Shown here in pieces: positions 1 through 11,212 of a DNA stretch of 29,620 nucleotides. The stretch is taken from the NCBI GenBank assembly GCA_963803145.1, contig CAWDLW010000019.1, positions 1 through 29,620 on the forward strand, given 5' to 3'. The notes beneath the pieces were generated by a model. That model saw nothing but the letters and a program-made list of their open reading frames with translations, was not told the origin of the DNA and ran no database searches. The stretch's first letter is position 1, and each line of letters opens with the position of its first letter. The DNA comes from Methanotrichaceae archaeon (GTDB taxonomy: Archaea; Halobacteriota; Methanosarcinia; Methanotrichales; Methanotrichaceae). The position numbers and the translations under genes are program-made.

Positions 1-185
1 CCCAAAGGGGGATAAATCGGATAATCAATTATTGTAAAACTTTTTTGCTCGTTTTCGGCCAGGAATTTTGCCAACAACATTGATGATGATATCCAAGAAA
101 GTCCTGCAAAGGCAGTTATCTCATCGAGCATACTTTTCTCAATCATTTCCTCTAAGATCAATTTTTTAAATTCGTTTTTATTCAT
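1..185 (-). CDS. Partial ORF running off the window edge, PRTase(OPRT)-like fold, possibly with a frameshifted N-terminus
   Basis: Manual translation from ATG at 185: MNKNEFKKLILEEMIEKSMLDEITAFAGLSWISSSMLLAKFLAENEQKSFTIIDYPIYPPLG, open to position 1. The pattern resembles the OPRTase 'D.IAG.E.G..LA..LA...KPF.IV' region. Confidence 0.45.
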   Translation of the reverse strand, partial: MNKNEFKKLILEEMIEKSMLDEITAFAGLSWISSSMLLAKFLAENEQKSFTIIDYPIYPPL

Positions 186-278
186 TATATTCTTTAAGTA
201 CTATATAGATTTTGTAGGTTTGAAATCCGTGTTATTAAATCTCCGTAAATTATGGATTCATGTATCAATTTTTTTAAT

Positions 279-1529
279 TCAGATTCTCACTTGATACCTC
301 CACTCCAGTATGTACGAGATTTCTTTTTTTGTTATGTAGGTTTCATAAGTAACGCCTTTGCTAGCAAAAAGTTGCTTTGCTCCCACCCCTCGATCTGCAA
401 AAGCCAAAACGCAATAAATATCGACATTTTCATTTCTCAAATCATCTATTAATTTTTCTACGCTTCTTCCAGTCTGGACTGTATTTGCAAAAATAACTAC
501 AGACTCGCTTTTTATATTTGTTATATCTATATTATAATCACATTCTGGGTAATTAAGGGCAGGACCTATTACATTAATACTAGGACGGTATTTCCCTTTA
601 ATGAATTTTGCTATATTCTCGGATATACCCTCGTATGCGATAACGATAGTTGTTACATTATTTGGAATCGATTTGAGATACCTAATCGAAGCATTAGATA
701 CGATGCTACTTAAATTTTTGTAAAAATTAACTGGGATGAAATAATTTGTTGGTATCATTGAACTTTTGAAGAAAGAAATCCTATCAGGTTGGAAAGAGGA
801 ATATGGAGCGTATTCTGTAAGTATGCCCAAACGCTCATCAGGCAGATCACGCATAAATTTTTGGACTTTTTCAGGGGGCAAAAGATTCATATCAGCAATT
901 TCTTCTAGCTTCCCTAGATGATAACCCAGATAAGGCTCCCAAACCTTTGATATAAAATGCATCTTTGCGCTATCACTAAGAGTATCTATATCTCTATAAT
1001 AAATGTATTTTAAAATATCTTCATTATATGCTTTTCCAACACTCATCAGCCTATCTTCCATATCTCTATCTATTTCTAAAAAAATATTCGTCCCTTTCTT
1101 CGTTAATTCGTACTCAAGCATTGATCGATCTTTTTTTAATTTGTTTTCAATTTTTTTGATATATCCATCTTCAATTAGCATATCCATGGCTTTAGTAAGA
1201 TCTTCAGAATAAGGACCAAAATACATGCTTTCGAAGATAAATTCCGTTAGATTTTTAAATTTATAATTTTTCATGAAATACGCAATTTTATGTAATTTTA
1301 CTTCCCCTTGGAATCTTGCTACTTTTTGTCTTTCCTTTTGATGAATGATTATTTTTCCTATGACCCAAATCGGGAATTTCCAGAACTCATAATCCCAATC
1401 AATAGGATCTCCAAATTCCCCATAATTTAAAGGTTCGAGAAATTCCTCTATACGCTCTTTTTTTTCTGGAGATAAATCATTTATTTTTATAACACTATCT
1501 AAAATATCCTTTGGAAGTTTATAGTGCAT
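279..1529 (-). CDS. YwgA/DUF4065(SocA-Panacea)-like winged-helix domain fused to a degenerate type I phosphoribosyltransferase (OPRT-like) domain
   Basis: N-half has KLHKIAYF...FGPYSEDL...L.EDGYI...YELTKKG (wHTH). C-half has VVIFANTVQTGRSV...VLAFADRGVGAKQLFASKGV, matching OPRT 'VLIVEDVVTTGGSV...VVVDREEGA', but the acidic PRPP-binding pair is replaced by AN. Confidence 0.65.
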   Translation of the reverse strand: MHYKLPKDILDSVIKINDLSPEKKERIEEFLEPLNYGEFGDPIDWDYEFWKFPIWVIGKIIIHQKERQKVARFQGEVKLHKIAYFMKNYKFKNLTEFIFESMYFGPYSEDLTKAMDMLIEDGYIKKIENKLKKDRSMLEYELTKKGTNIFLEIDRDMEDRLMSVGKAYNEDILKYIYYRDIDTLSDSAKMHFISKVWEPYLGYHLGKLEEIADMNLLPPEKVQKFMRDLPDERLGILTEYAPYSSFQPDRISFFKSSMIPTNYFIPVNFYKNLSSIVSNASIRYLKSIPNNVTTIVIAYEGISENIAKFIKGKYRPSINVIGPALNYPECDYNIDITNIKSESVVIFANTVQTGRSVEKLIDDLRNENVDIYCVLAFADRGVGAKQLFASKGVTYETYITKKEISYILEWRYQVRI

Positions 1530-1552
1530 ATTTCTCCTTTATTTTAAAATGA

Positions 1553-2125
1553 CTAAGAAATTGACATATATAAACTTGATAATTCCGATATGATATGATC
1601 GCTCATAATTTTATCCCTAATTTCCTCCTCTAATCTTAGTTTCATATCGGAAGAAAGGTACGAACTTATGGCTTCCTTATTCATGTTAGAAGAGGGATAT
1701 TTCTCATGTACTCTATTATAGATGATGGATAATATCAGTTGCTTGATAGTAGGGTAACCTCTTGTCATTTCATCATTTTCCAAAATCATACTTACTTCCT
1801 TGCCAAAATGTGTAAGTCTTATAATAGTTGTACCGTTAGTTACTTCTCTCCCATGATAGATCTCAAGCATCCCTGCAGAAGCGAGGTCATTTATTTTAAT
1901 AAATATTTCTTGGTCAGTTGATAAATATCCTTTCAATAAACTTTCAAGTTGATATATTGGCGAGATATCCGCCCTTGCTAGATACAGAAGTATACTTTTT
2001 GCAGTAAAGTCATCTCTCCCTCTAATTGTTTCAGCTACGACATTGGCTCCTTCTCTAATACGCGATTCTGTCTCTTTATGCTCCAAAATCAAAACCTCCA
2101 ATTTATCTTTGATATATAAATTCAT
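1553..2125 (-). CDS. Hypothetical protein with probable winged helix-turn-helix domain
   Basis: 190 aa. ILLYLA...INDLASAGMLEI...IRLTHFGKEV is a typical wHTH recognition helix and wing pattern. Overlaps the upstream ORF. Confidence 0.6.
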   Translation of the reverse strand: MNLYIKDKLEVLILEHKETESRIREGANVVAETIRGRDDFTAKSILLYLARADISPIYQLESLLKGYLSTDQEIFIKINDLASAGMLEIYHGREVTNGTTIIRLTHFGKEVSMILENDEMTRGYPTIKQLILSIIYNRVHEKYPSSNMNKEAISSYLSSDMKLRLEEEIRDKIMSDHIISELSSLYMSIS

Positions 2126-2837
2126 CTATGAATTGAAATATATTATTCCATATTAAAGGTGTTTTGACCATATTATAAATTATGATCCTCCCATATTTCT
2201 TAGCATAAAATGAGATATTTATATTTCCCATTTTTTTAGCACCTGCGATGGCAAATATCTCTGAAGAATTTTTGAGGCAATTTTCAAATCTTGCCGTCAG
2301 ATTGGACCCATACTCATATCGTTTTATGTTTTTGCTTTCCATGTGGTACGCTAGCCTAGAAACTACGATATCACCTTTATTTAATAAATTCCCTATAGAA
2401 AGCATTGTTTTTGTTGATAATATTGGGTGGTGGTTGATGTCGATTTTTAATTCATCTTTTATCCCACTTAACATATTTTTTATTATTTTCTCATTTCTTG
2501 TGTTTTCACCTATTATTTCTAAGCAGCCACTTGTATTAAAAATAATTATTGCCTTATCAATATAATTGAATTTTAAAGGAGTATAGTTAATTTGGTCCTG
2601 CTTAAAGCCAACGTTGTATCTTACTTCCTCTAAATTAAACAATAATATATAAGCTATTCTGCTTTTATCGAGATATATGCCTCCTGCAAATCCAACATTG
2701 TTATCTTTATCATCGTACTTATGTTTTTTAACATATTTATTAAATTGCTCTTGATCCTGCAGATCGACCTCATAAAGTGATAATGATACAAGTGGAGCAG
2801 GGACTTCAATCATATAGTAATATCCTCGATTTTGCAA
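2103..2837 (-). CDS. Hypothetical protein (first gene of the AT-rich island operon)
   Basis: 244-aa open frame in AT-rich DNA, co-oriented with and overlapping the next ORF. No family recognised. Confidence 0.65.
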   Translation of the reverse strand: MQNRGYYYMIEVPAPLVSLSLYEVDLQDQEQFNKYVKKHKYDDKDNNVGFAGGIYLDKSRIAYILLFNLEEVRYNVGFKQDQINYTPLKFNYIDKAIIIFNTSGCLEIIGENTRNEKIIKNMLSGIKDELKIDINHHPILSTKTMLSIGNLLNKGDIVVSRLAYHMESKNIKRYEYGSNLTARFENCLKNSSEIFAIAGAKKMGNINISFYAKKYGRIIIYNMVKTPLIWNNIFQFIDEFIYQR

Positions 2838-3332
2838 GCTATGATATAGGATGTTTGATTTAAGCTTTTCTCTGCTTTGATTTTATTTACATTCTCTGAA
2901 ACTTTTTATATATGCTCATCAACTATATATGTCATAGAGAATAAAGTTGAATGATCGCTGTTTCTGTGTAGGTCGATAATCATTGTCATGAAATAACTTG
3001 TATGAAATTACGAAGAATTTTAAGTATTAAAGCTAACTTAGAAGAAGTCCCATTATATTGCATTCCACATTGGCTTCCTTTAAAATCGTCCTCTCGCGGA
3101 TTCTCATATTAGAGCATCTCCTAGATTTCCATTTGAACTGAGCGTTGCCGCAAGATGTACCTTTTCCCTAGTTGATCTACTTTAACCATATGCATAGTCC
3201 ACATGAACTTCTTCCGTTAATTGGCTATAACCTTATTATTTGGGATACTCTGTAGCAGAGTTGTAGGGTAGATGGGCCTTCACAATGTGACAACAGACTA
3301 CCCAATAAATAGCTAACTGATTCATCTGGTCT

Positions 3333-4484
3333 TTATCGCTCGATTATGCAGGTTGGATCCTCCCCCAAGACATCCCCATTGTAGAAGTGCGCCTTCTGCC
3401 TGCATCCTCCACAGAGGTCAAGATAATCGCACTTTCCACATGCGCCTTTCAAGCGGGATCTAATCGTCCGTAGCGCCTTCAGCTCCTCTGACGGATTATC
3501 TATCCAGATATCCCTGAAGCTGCGCTCCCGGACATTTCCGACGATAACATCAGGCATGAAGTGACAGGGATGAACGTCGCCCTTATGGTTTACGTTCGCA
3601 ACCTTTGTCCCTGTTGAGCAGCCTCCAGCGTTTGCCAAGAGCCTTCGAACATGACTCTGCCTGGGATCGTCCTTCAGAAGCTCCAATAGGTATGCGCCGT
3701 CCATTGGCGAATCGGTTGTCAGTATCTCGATATCCTCATCCTTTAGCTCAACTGCTGCCTCTGCAAGAAACTTTATAACACTGCGGCGCTGCTCAGGCGT
3801 AACGTCACGATCTGCTATGCCAGCGCCCCGCCCTGTAGGAACAAGGTGATAAAGGCAGAATCGCGGTATTCCCTCTTCGAGAGCAGTGCTAAGAAGCGCA
3901 GGAACATCCTGCCAGTTATCTTTTGTTAATGTTATCCGGAGACCTGTCTTCAGACCTGCATCTCGGGCATTTCTGATGCCCTGAAGGGCGCGGGCGTGCG
4001 CCCCAGAGACTCCTCTGAAACTGTCATGCCTCTCAGGCGAGGCTGAATCTATGCTCACACCCACGTATTTTATCCTCGCCTCGGCCAGAAGCTTTGCGAC
4101 CTCTGGAGTTATCAAAGTCCCATTTGTGGATATTACGGCACGTATGCCGACCTCTCGGGCATGGAAGGCATATGCATAGAGATTTCTGCTCATGAGAGGC
4201 TCACCGCCAGTGAAGATTACCATGGGAACCTTCAGGTCGGCGAGATCATCCAAAAGGCGCACGCCCTCATCCAGGCTCAATTCCTCACGGCCATCGGCTC
4301 TCGCATCCATGTAGCAGTGAGCACATGCGAGATTGCACTGCCTCGTCAAATTCCACATCACCACAGGCTTTGCCTGCGTTGAGAACCTCACTAAATCGGG
4401 AGGTAAGTTCTCGCATGTCTCCGATGCCCGGAGCGTCTCCCAAACAGTTGCCTGATCAGCCAAAGCTTTAGAGAATATTATCAT
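3333..4484 (-). CDS. ahbC: Radical SAM/SPASM protein AhbC-type (alternative heme biosynthesis, Fe-coproporphyrin III synthase)
   Basis: PVVMWNLTRQCNLACAHCY (CxxxCxxC), FTGGEPL, and SPASM cysteines (GGCSTG, HPC, CGKC..CGGCR, DPTC). N-terminus MIIFSK...LP..L.RFS...KPVV is AhbC-like. Start moved to ATG 4484; follows the hem genes. Confidence 0.8.
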   Translation of the reverse strand: MIIFSKALADQATVWETLRASETCENLPPDLVRFSTQAKPVVMWNLTRQCNLACAHCYMDARADGREELSLDEGVRLLDDLADLKVPMVIFTGGEPLMSRNLYAYAFHAREVGIRAVISTNGTLITPEVAKLLAEARIKYVGVSIDSASPERHDSFRGVSGAHARALQGIRNARDAGLKTGLRITLTKDNWQDVPALLSTALEEGIPRFCLYHLVPTGRGAGIADRDVTPEQRRSVIKFLAEAAVELKDEDIEILTTDSPMDGAYLLELLKDDPRQSHVRRLLANAGGCSTGTKVANVNHKGDVHPCHFMPDVIVGNVRERSFRDIWIDNPSEELKALRTIRSRLKGACGKCDYLDLCGGCRQKAHFYNGDVLGEDPTCIIER

Positions 4485-4526
4485 TGTTATTATCCCGAGA
4501 ATATTATCATTGCTGTTATCATTGCT
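4471..4526. repeat. Short direct repeats duplicating the ahbC start region
   Basis: GAGAATATTATCATTG at 4471-4486 and 4497-4512; TTATCATTGCT at 4504-4514 and 4516-4526. Confidence 0.8.
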
Positions 4527-4527
4527 A

Positions 4528-5979
4528 TTATCTCCTGAGAGCCTGCAGCATGGAGCCGAAGGTAAACTTCTCAGGCATAACATCTACCCGAACATCCAGA
4601 CGCGCAAGCTCTTCAGCAGTGGGCTTTCCAATAGCCGCAGTGGTTGCATTTGCGAGCGCAGCCCGGAGCTCATTCTCCAAACCAAGCTCTTGAGCCCGCT
4701 GTACCAGATAACGGGCAGTTGACGAGCTTGTAAAGGCGAAGATATCAATATCTTTTACATTCTTTATTAAATCATCCAGCCGTGGATCCTTCGAAGGGGC
4801 TACGCTATAGAGAGGAATATCATCAACTACAATACCAGCGCATCTGAGGCTATCTGAGAGATACTTGCTTCCCTGGGCGCTCCGCAGGAATAGAATATGC
4901 TTGCATCTATTCGGCAGCATATGCAATAGCCCCTCAGAACTGTACTCCTCAGGTATAAGCGGCTTAATGCCGTATTTCTCGAGAGTTCGCTTAGTCTTGG
5001 GGCCAATCGATACAACTGTCTTTCCTGCCAAACACCTCAGGATATCGCTATTCCGCAGAGCAATCCGGACACCGTTGGCACTTGTAAAGACTATGCATTC
5101 AGCTGCATTGATGCGCTCAATGATATCGAAAGGCAGAGGCATCTCTACCAGCATCAGTGCTGGAGCGCTGACAGGCATAAAGCCGTACTCCTTAGCTAGC
5201 TTCACAGACTCATCAAGCTGGGCAGCAGGCCTGAGTATTGCAATCTTCTTTGGAGCCAAGCGGTCTGAAAGCCTTACAACTTCACCTACGACAAGTATTG
5301 CAGGCGGCTTTATTCCTGCCTCTTGTGACTTCGAGACAATATCCCCAAGCGTTCCTGTAACAAGCCTTTGATCCGCCCACCCGCCTTTCTCTACAATTGC
5401 AGCTGGAGTATCGGGGTTCCGTCCGCCCTCGATCAATGCTGAAACATTCTGTTCAAGCCTTGATACACCCATTAAAACCACAAGCGTTCCGCCGAGCCTG
5501 GCTATTGCATTCCAATCAAGAGGGCTATCCTTTCCGGGCTCTTCATGGCCAGTCACAATCGTGAGAGCGGATGTTATGCCCCTATGAGTGACAGGAATTC
5601 CTGCAAGTTCTGGTGCTGCAATTGCGGATGTCACACCCGGCACAACTTCGACTGGTATTCCCTTATCTAAAAGGGCAAGGGCTTCTTCGCTGCCCCGGCC
5701 AAAGAGAAATGGATCTCCTCCCTTGAGCCGGACAACTATTTTGCCCTCCTCCGCCTTTTTTATGAGCAGGTTATTTATTTCCTCTTGATTCATTTTGTGT
5801 CTGCCGGCCGATTTGCCCACATCGATACGCTCTGCCCTGATTCCTTCAAGCATCTCGGGGTTTAGCAGCCTATCGAACAGTACCACATCTGCCTCAGAGA
5901 GGAGCCGCTTAGCCTTCAGTGTCATAAGCTCTGGGTCCCCCGGGCCTGCACCAACCAAGTAAACTTTACCTCGCGCCAA
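4528..5979 (-). CDS. cobA: Bifunctional uroporphyrinogen-III C-methyltransferase / uroporphyrinogen-III synthase (CobA-HemD)
   Basis: [34 protein letters not shown] (SUMT); C-terminal FTSANGV, IGPKT, FTSSST, IGKPT (HemD). Confidence 0.95.
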   Translation of the reverse strand: MARGKVYLVGAGPGDPELMTLKAKRLLSEADVVLFDRLLNPEMLEGIRAERIDVGKSAGRHKMNQEEINNLLIKKAEEGKIVVRLKGGDPFLFGRGSEEALALLDKGIPVEVVPGVTSAIAAPELAGIPVTHRGITSALTIVTGHEEPGKDSPLDWNAIARLGGTLVVLMGVSRLEQNVSALIEGGRNPDTPAAIVEKGGWADQRLVTGTLGDIVSKSQEAGIKPPAILVVGEVVRLSDRLAPKKIAILRPAAQLDESVKLAKEYGFMPVSAPALMLVEMPLPFDIIERINAAECIVFTSANGVRIALRNSDILRCLAGKTVVSIGPKTKRTLEKYGIKPLIPEEYSSEGLLHMLPNRCKHILFLRSAQGSKYLSDSLRCAGIVVDDIPLYSVAPSKDPRLDDLIKNVKDIDIFAFTSSSTARYLVQRAQELGLENELRAALANATTAAIGKPTAEELARLDVRVDVMPEKFTFGSMLQALRR

Positions 5980-6883
5980 AGGCTTTCACCGCCTCATCCA
6001 CAAGTTCCCCTCCACCCATTTCCAGGAGCCTTCTCCCAAGATCTTGAGCCTTCCGAATATAGCCTTCCGTAGTAGGTATCGATTCATCAAGCCTGACGAA
6101 TCTTTTGCCATCCAGCGACAGAACTTCGGCCACAACCCTGGCTACGTGGTCTTTCACATCCGCATGAACTGCCATTGGCACTATACAGCCTCCGCCGACG
6201 GCCTCAAGTATCTTCCTCTCGATCATCGTCTCTATTCTTGTGGGCAAGTCATCTAATTTGCGGGAATATAATTCTGCCGCGCTCTCCCTTTTCGCCACTA
6301 CTACTATCGTTCCCTGATTTGCAGACGGCACAAACCTTTCAGGATCAAGGACTGAATATGCCAGCTCCAAACCCATGCGCTGCATGCCGGCTTCTGCTAA
6401 CACAATAGCATCGTAATCTCCCTGATTCAGCTTGCGAAGCCTTGTCTGGAGATTGCCCCGCAGGCTTTTTATTACAATGTCCGGCCTGGTCCGGCGGAGC
6501 TGTGCCGATCTGCGCATGCTCGAAGTTCCTACAACTGCGCCGGTCCTCAGGTCATCCAGCTCCAACCCTTTAACGCTCACCAGAATATCGTAGGGCGAAT
6601 CGCGTTTCAAAATGGCAGATATCTCGAGGCTCTCAGGCCGCTTTGTTGGAATATCCTTCATGCTATGCACTGCCAGATCGATCTCGCCCGAGATCATTCG
6701 ATCATCTATCTCCGCCACGAACACGCCCCAGCCTGAGATCATATGGAGTGGCTTATCCACAAAAACGTCCCCGCTGGTCTTGACTACGCAAAGCTCAGTA
6801 ACGATCCCAAATTTATTCAGCCGTTCAGTTACGATCTCTGTTTGGCGCAGAGCCAGCGGGCTGCCGCGGCTGCCGATGATCAG
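5966..6883 (-). CDS. hemC: Hydroxymethylbilane synthase (porphobilinogen deaminase)
   Basis: [28 protein letters not shown] motifs. The frame extends without stops upstream of the tracked GTG (6760) through [13 protein letters not shown] to a CTG at 6883 that overlaps the hemL stop. Confidence 0.92.
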   Translation of the reverse strand: MIIGSRGSPLALRQTEIVTERLNKFGIVTELCVVKTSGDVFVDKPLHMISGWGVFVAEIDDRMISGEIDLAVHSMKDIPTKRPESLEISAILKRDSPYDILVSVKGLELDDLRTGAVVGTSSMRRSAQLRRTRPDIVIKSLRGNLQTRLRKLNQGDYDAIVLAEAGMQRMGLELAYSVLDPERFVPSANQGTIVVVAKRESAAELYSRKLDDLPTRIETMIERKILEAVGGGCIVPMAVHADVKDHVARVVAEVLSLDGKRFVRLDESIPTTEGYIRKAQDLGRRLLEMGGGELVDEAVKAFGAR

Positions 6884-8148
6884 CCTTTCAGGTTTGACTC
6901 GAATGCCTCCAGTGTAGCTTCAATAACCTCAGAGTTATGGGCAGCAGATATGAAATCGGTTTCAAATTGGCTTGGCGTCAGGAATACACCCGATTCAAGC
7001 ATTTTATGGAAGAAGGCTAGGTAGCCTATTTTGTCGCACCTCAGTGCTTCAATGTAATTATGTGGAACAGGTCCAAAGAATACTTTGAACATCGATGCGA
7101 TCCCTACGACACTGTAATCAAGCTTGAGATCCTCAACGATCTCCTTTAAGGCCTTGCGCATCATATCTCCAGTCTTATTCAGCCTTTCCAAGGTCTTTTC
7201 ACTTTCCATTACATCCAGCGTTGCCATGCCGGCAGTCAGCGAAACTGGGCTTCCATTGAAGGTTCCTGCCTGGTAGACAGGTCCCTTCGGAGCAACATGC
7301 TCAATGAGGTCCTTTCGACCTCCGAAGATGCCTATTGGGAAACCTCCGCCAATGATCTTTCCAAGCGTTGTTAAATCGGGGGTTATCCCGTAATACTCCT
7401 GTGCTCCTCCAAGGCTTAAACGGAAGCCTGTTATGACCTCATCAAAGATGAGCAGGACATCATGCTCCCGAGTCAGTTCACGAACAGCCTTCAGATAGCA
7501 TTCCTTCGGCAAGACAGGCCCGATGTTCCCGAGAACCGGCTCGATTATCAAAGCTGCGATATCGCTCGAAAATTGCTTTAATACCTTTTCCAGAGCCTCG
7601 ATGTCATTGTATGGAACTTGAAGAGTGTTTTTGGCTGTATCTGCTGGAACGCCCTTTGAATCGGGAATGCCTAAGGTAGTGGCTCCTGAGCCAGCCTTGA
7701 TGAGACAGCTATCATGGGCTCCATGGAACCCGCCCTCAATCTTGATTATTTTATCTCTGCCTGTGCAGCCGCGGGCTACACGTATAGCTGCCATCGTTGC
7801 CTCTGTTCCAGTACTTACAAATCTCAGCATCTCTATGCTTGGGTAAAGGCCAGTGATCCTTTCTGCTAGCTTGATCTCTAGCTCCGAGGGAGTTCCGTAA
7901 AGCCAGCCTTTCTGGAGCTGATCTGCGACTGCCTTTATAATCGCAGGATGGCGGTGGCCAAGAATCATGGGGCCATACGCAAGGCAATAGTCTATCAGTT
8001 TGTTTCCATCAGCATCAAAGAGATACGGCCCTTCTGCTCTGGCTGTGTAAAAAGGATAGGGTTTGATCGCCCGAACAGGGCTGCTGACGCCGCCGGGCAG
8101 AAGTCTTTCAGCCCTATGAAAGAGCTTGGATGAGGCATCAAAACGCAT
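6880..8148 (-). CDS. hemL: Glutamate-1-semialdehyde 2,1-aminomutase
   Basis: [45 protein letters not shown] (PLP lysine), YQAGTFNG. Probable start MRFDASS at ATG 8148. Confidence 0.95.
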   Translation of the reverse strand: MRFDASSKLFHRAERLLPGGVSSPVRAIKPYPFYTARAEGPYLFDADGNKLIDYCLAYGPMILGHRHPAIIKAVADQLQKGWLYGTPSELEIKLAERITGLYPSIEMLRFVSTGTEATMAAIRVARGCTGRDKIIKIEGGFHGAHDSCLIKAGSGATTLGIPDSKGVPADTAKNTLQVPYNDIEALEKVLKQFSSDIAALIIEPVLGNIGPVLPKECYLKAVRELTREHDVLLIFDEVITGFRLSLGGAQEYYGITPDLTTLGKIIGGGFPIGIFGGRKDLIEHVAPKGPVYQAGTFNGSPVSLTAGMATLDVMESEKTLERLNKTGDMMRKALKEIVEDLKLDYSVVGIASMFKVFFGPVPHNYIEALRCDKIGYLAFFHKMLESGVFLTPSQFETDFISAAHNSEVIEATLEAFESNLKG

Positions 8149-8182
8149 TCGCGGAGCACCAGTTAAGCAAACCTGGTTCAGA

Positions 8183-8962
8183 TTAATCAACCTTGCGATT
8201 CAAGTGCCTTCGTATTACATCTTGGTCCTTTGGCATGAAGAGATCGCCACCTGCTTTAGGATATTTCAGACCTCTGATCACAGCCGCAGGCGTTCCATCG
8301 CCCGCCTCACCAATCAGCAGATTAGCCATCCCTGCGATTTCGTCTATAATGGATTCCAGAGTGATCTCTAGAACCTTACCGTGGATATCGGCTTCTCCTC
8401 GCCAGTCCTTCCAAGCACCTATGCCTGACCAGCCTATAGCAATGCCTGTTACTCCACAGCGGAATGGCCTGCTGGACGTATCCGTAATGATTACAGCACA
8501 ATCTTTGCTTAGTCTGCTCCGTATGCGCTCGGCACTGGCCGTCGGATTTTCTGGAAGCAGCAACATCCTGCCATCTCCGACGTTAGACCAATCTATGCCA
8601 GCATTAATACAGGTATGGCCAAATTTGGTTTTCACTAACATGAAAGGTCGATCGAGCAGTATATCCTCAGATTCATCCAAGATTGCCTGCACAAACCTGG
8701 GGTCTTTACCTGATATCTGGGCTAATTCCCTTGCTCTTGTGCAGGGATTGTAATTTTCGAGGCTTCTAAAGCGCCCTTCAGATTTGGCGACACAGTGCTG
8801 GCGATACATAGTACATCGCCATCCTGCAGTTCGAAAAGAGATTCAATCAGGGAGGCAAGGTCATCACCCGTCCTGATTATAGGCAAACCTTTAACCAGGG
8901 AACCTTGTACTGAAGCGGATACCGTTTTCTGGTCTGCCTTGAGCCGCCTGTCTTGAAATCAT
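8183..8962 (-). pseudogene. cofE: Coenzyme F420-0:L-glutamate ligase, frameshifted (probably a sequencing error)
   Basis: The upstream frame gives KGLPIIRTGDDLASLI...LQDGDVLCIASTV; after a shift near 8790 it continues AKSEGR, NAGIDWSN, ITDTSSRPFR, GEAGDGTPAAVIRG. Confidence 0.85.
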
Positions 8963-8977
8963 ATCTAAGGGTCTCTT

Positions 8978-10421
<1,444 letters not shown>

Positions 10422-10446
10422 TATTATTCCTCCCTACCATCTAACA

Positions 10447-10510
10447 GGTAGGGGTCATCAGCCGCATGGCAGTTCAGGCACTTGGCCTAGGCGGACCCCA
10501 TCGCCCAAAA
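10447..10510 (-). ncRNA. Fluoride riboswitch (crcB motif) 1
   Basis: Minus strand reads GGCGAUGGGGUCCGCC-UAGGCCAAGUGCCUG-AACUGCC-AUGC-GGCUGAUGACCCCUAC. P1 GGCG/CGCC, conserved GAUG, pseudoknot GGGGU/ACCCC, P2 GCC/GGC, and a UGAUGAnnnCUAC tail. TATA-like element (AGAAACTCTTATTA on minus) about 25 nt upstream. Confidence 0.92.
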
Positions 10511-10591
10511 TCTAGTAGATAGGGTATTTTGCGTAATAAGAGTTTCTATAGCGTTTAGTAGAGCGAAGGATTAATCATTGCTAACATCTAA

Positions 10592-11052
10592 TTGGGCCTG
10601 TTGGAGGGGCTTTATGGTGGAGACGCTAAGACGGTTTGCATTTTCTGTGATATTGTAGAAGGGAAGGCTCCTTGTTACAAGGTCTATGAAGATAATCTTT
10701 CTTTGGCATACTTGATATCAACCCTTTCTCAAGAGGGACATTGTTTAGTCATCCCCAAGAGACATGTGCCCTGGTGGCATGAGCTTACTGATGAAGAGAA
10801 TGCAGCCTGTTTAGAGTGGCGAAGAGTGTGGCCGAAAAGATGATGAAAGCTCTAGATCCGGATTTTGTCTGTATGTATGCCCGCGGCAGAAGGATACCTC
10901 ATACCATATATTCTTGGTACCAACATACAGGGCGATCCTCTAGATAGGTTCTTCAATGCCCTTGAGGCTTTCAGGAATCTCCAGTCGAACTGGCATCGAT
11001 GAGAGAGCGGAGATCTATGGAGGAGGTCGCTGATCTCATAAAGAAGGCATGA
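10592..11052 (+). pseudogene. HIT-family nucleotide hydrolase, frameshifted
   Basis: CIFCDIVEGKAPCYKVYED, GHCLVIPKRHV; downstream frames give RGRRIPHTHIFLVPT and MEEVADLIKKA with stop at 11050-11052. Confidence 0.85.
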
Positions 11053-11111
11053 TCCACATAAGATATTGCTATTGAACATTGCACGATATTTGTATTGAGA
11101 AAATAATCTAG

Positions 11112-11126
11112 CGAAACTTTAATTTG
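11112..11126 (+). promoter_or_regulatory. Putative BRE/TATA promoter for riboswitch 2 transcript
   Basis: CGAAAC-TTTAATTT located about 25 nt upstream of the riboswitch 5' end. Confidence 0.5.
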
Positions 11127-11147
11127 CGTCTATGTAATTTATTAGAC

Positions 11148-11197
11148 TGGTGGTGATGGAGTTCACCCTTAACCGCCTTTAGGCTGATGACTCCTGA
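11148..11197 (+). ncRNA. Fluoride riboswitch (crcB motif) 2
   Basis: GGUGAUGGAGUUCACC-CUU-AACCGCC-UUUA-GGCUGAUGACUCCUG. P1 GGUGA/UCACC, pseudoknot GGAGU/ACUCC, P2 GCC/GGC, conserved AACCGC and UGAUGA. About 15 nt upstream of ATG 11213. Confidence 0.93.
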
Positions 11198-11212
11198 GTC
11201 AAGGGATACATC

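Noticed and set aside
4484-4583. N-terminal 33-aa extension of the radical SAM ORF in the ORF track
   Set aside because: It overlaps the cobA-hemD 3' end and the repeat spacer; AhbC-like sequence begins at MIIFSK (ATG 4484).
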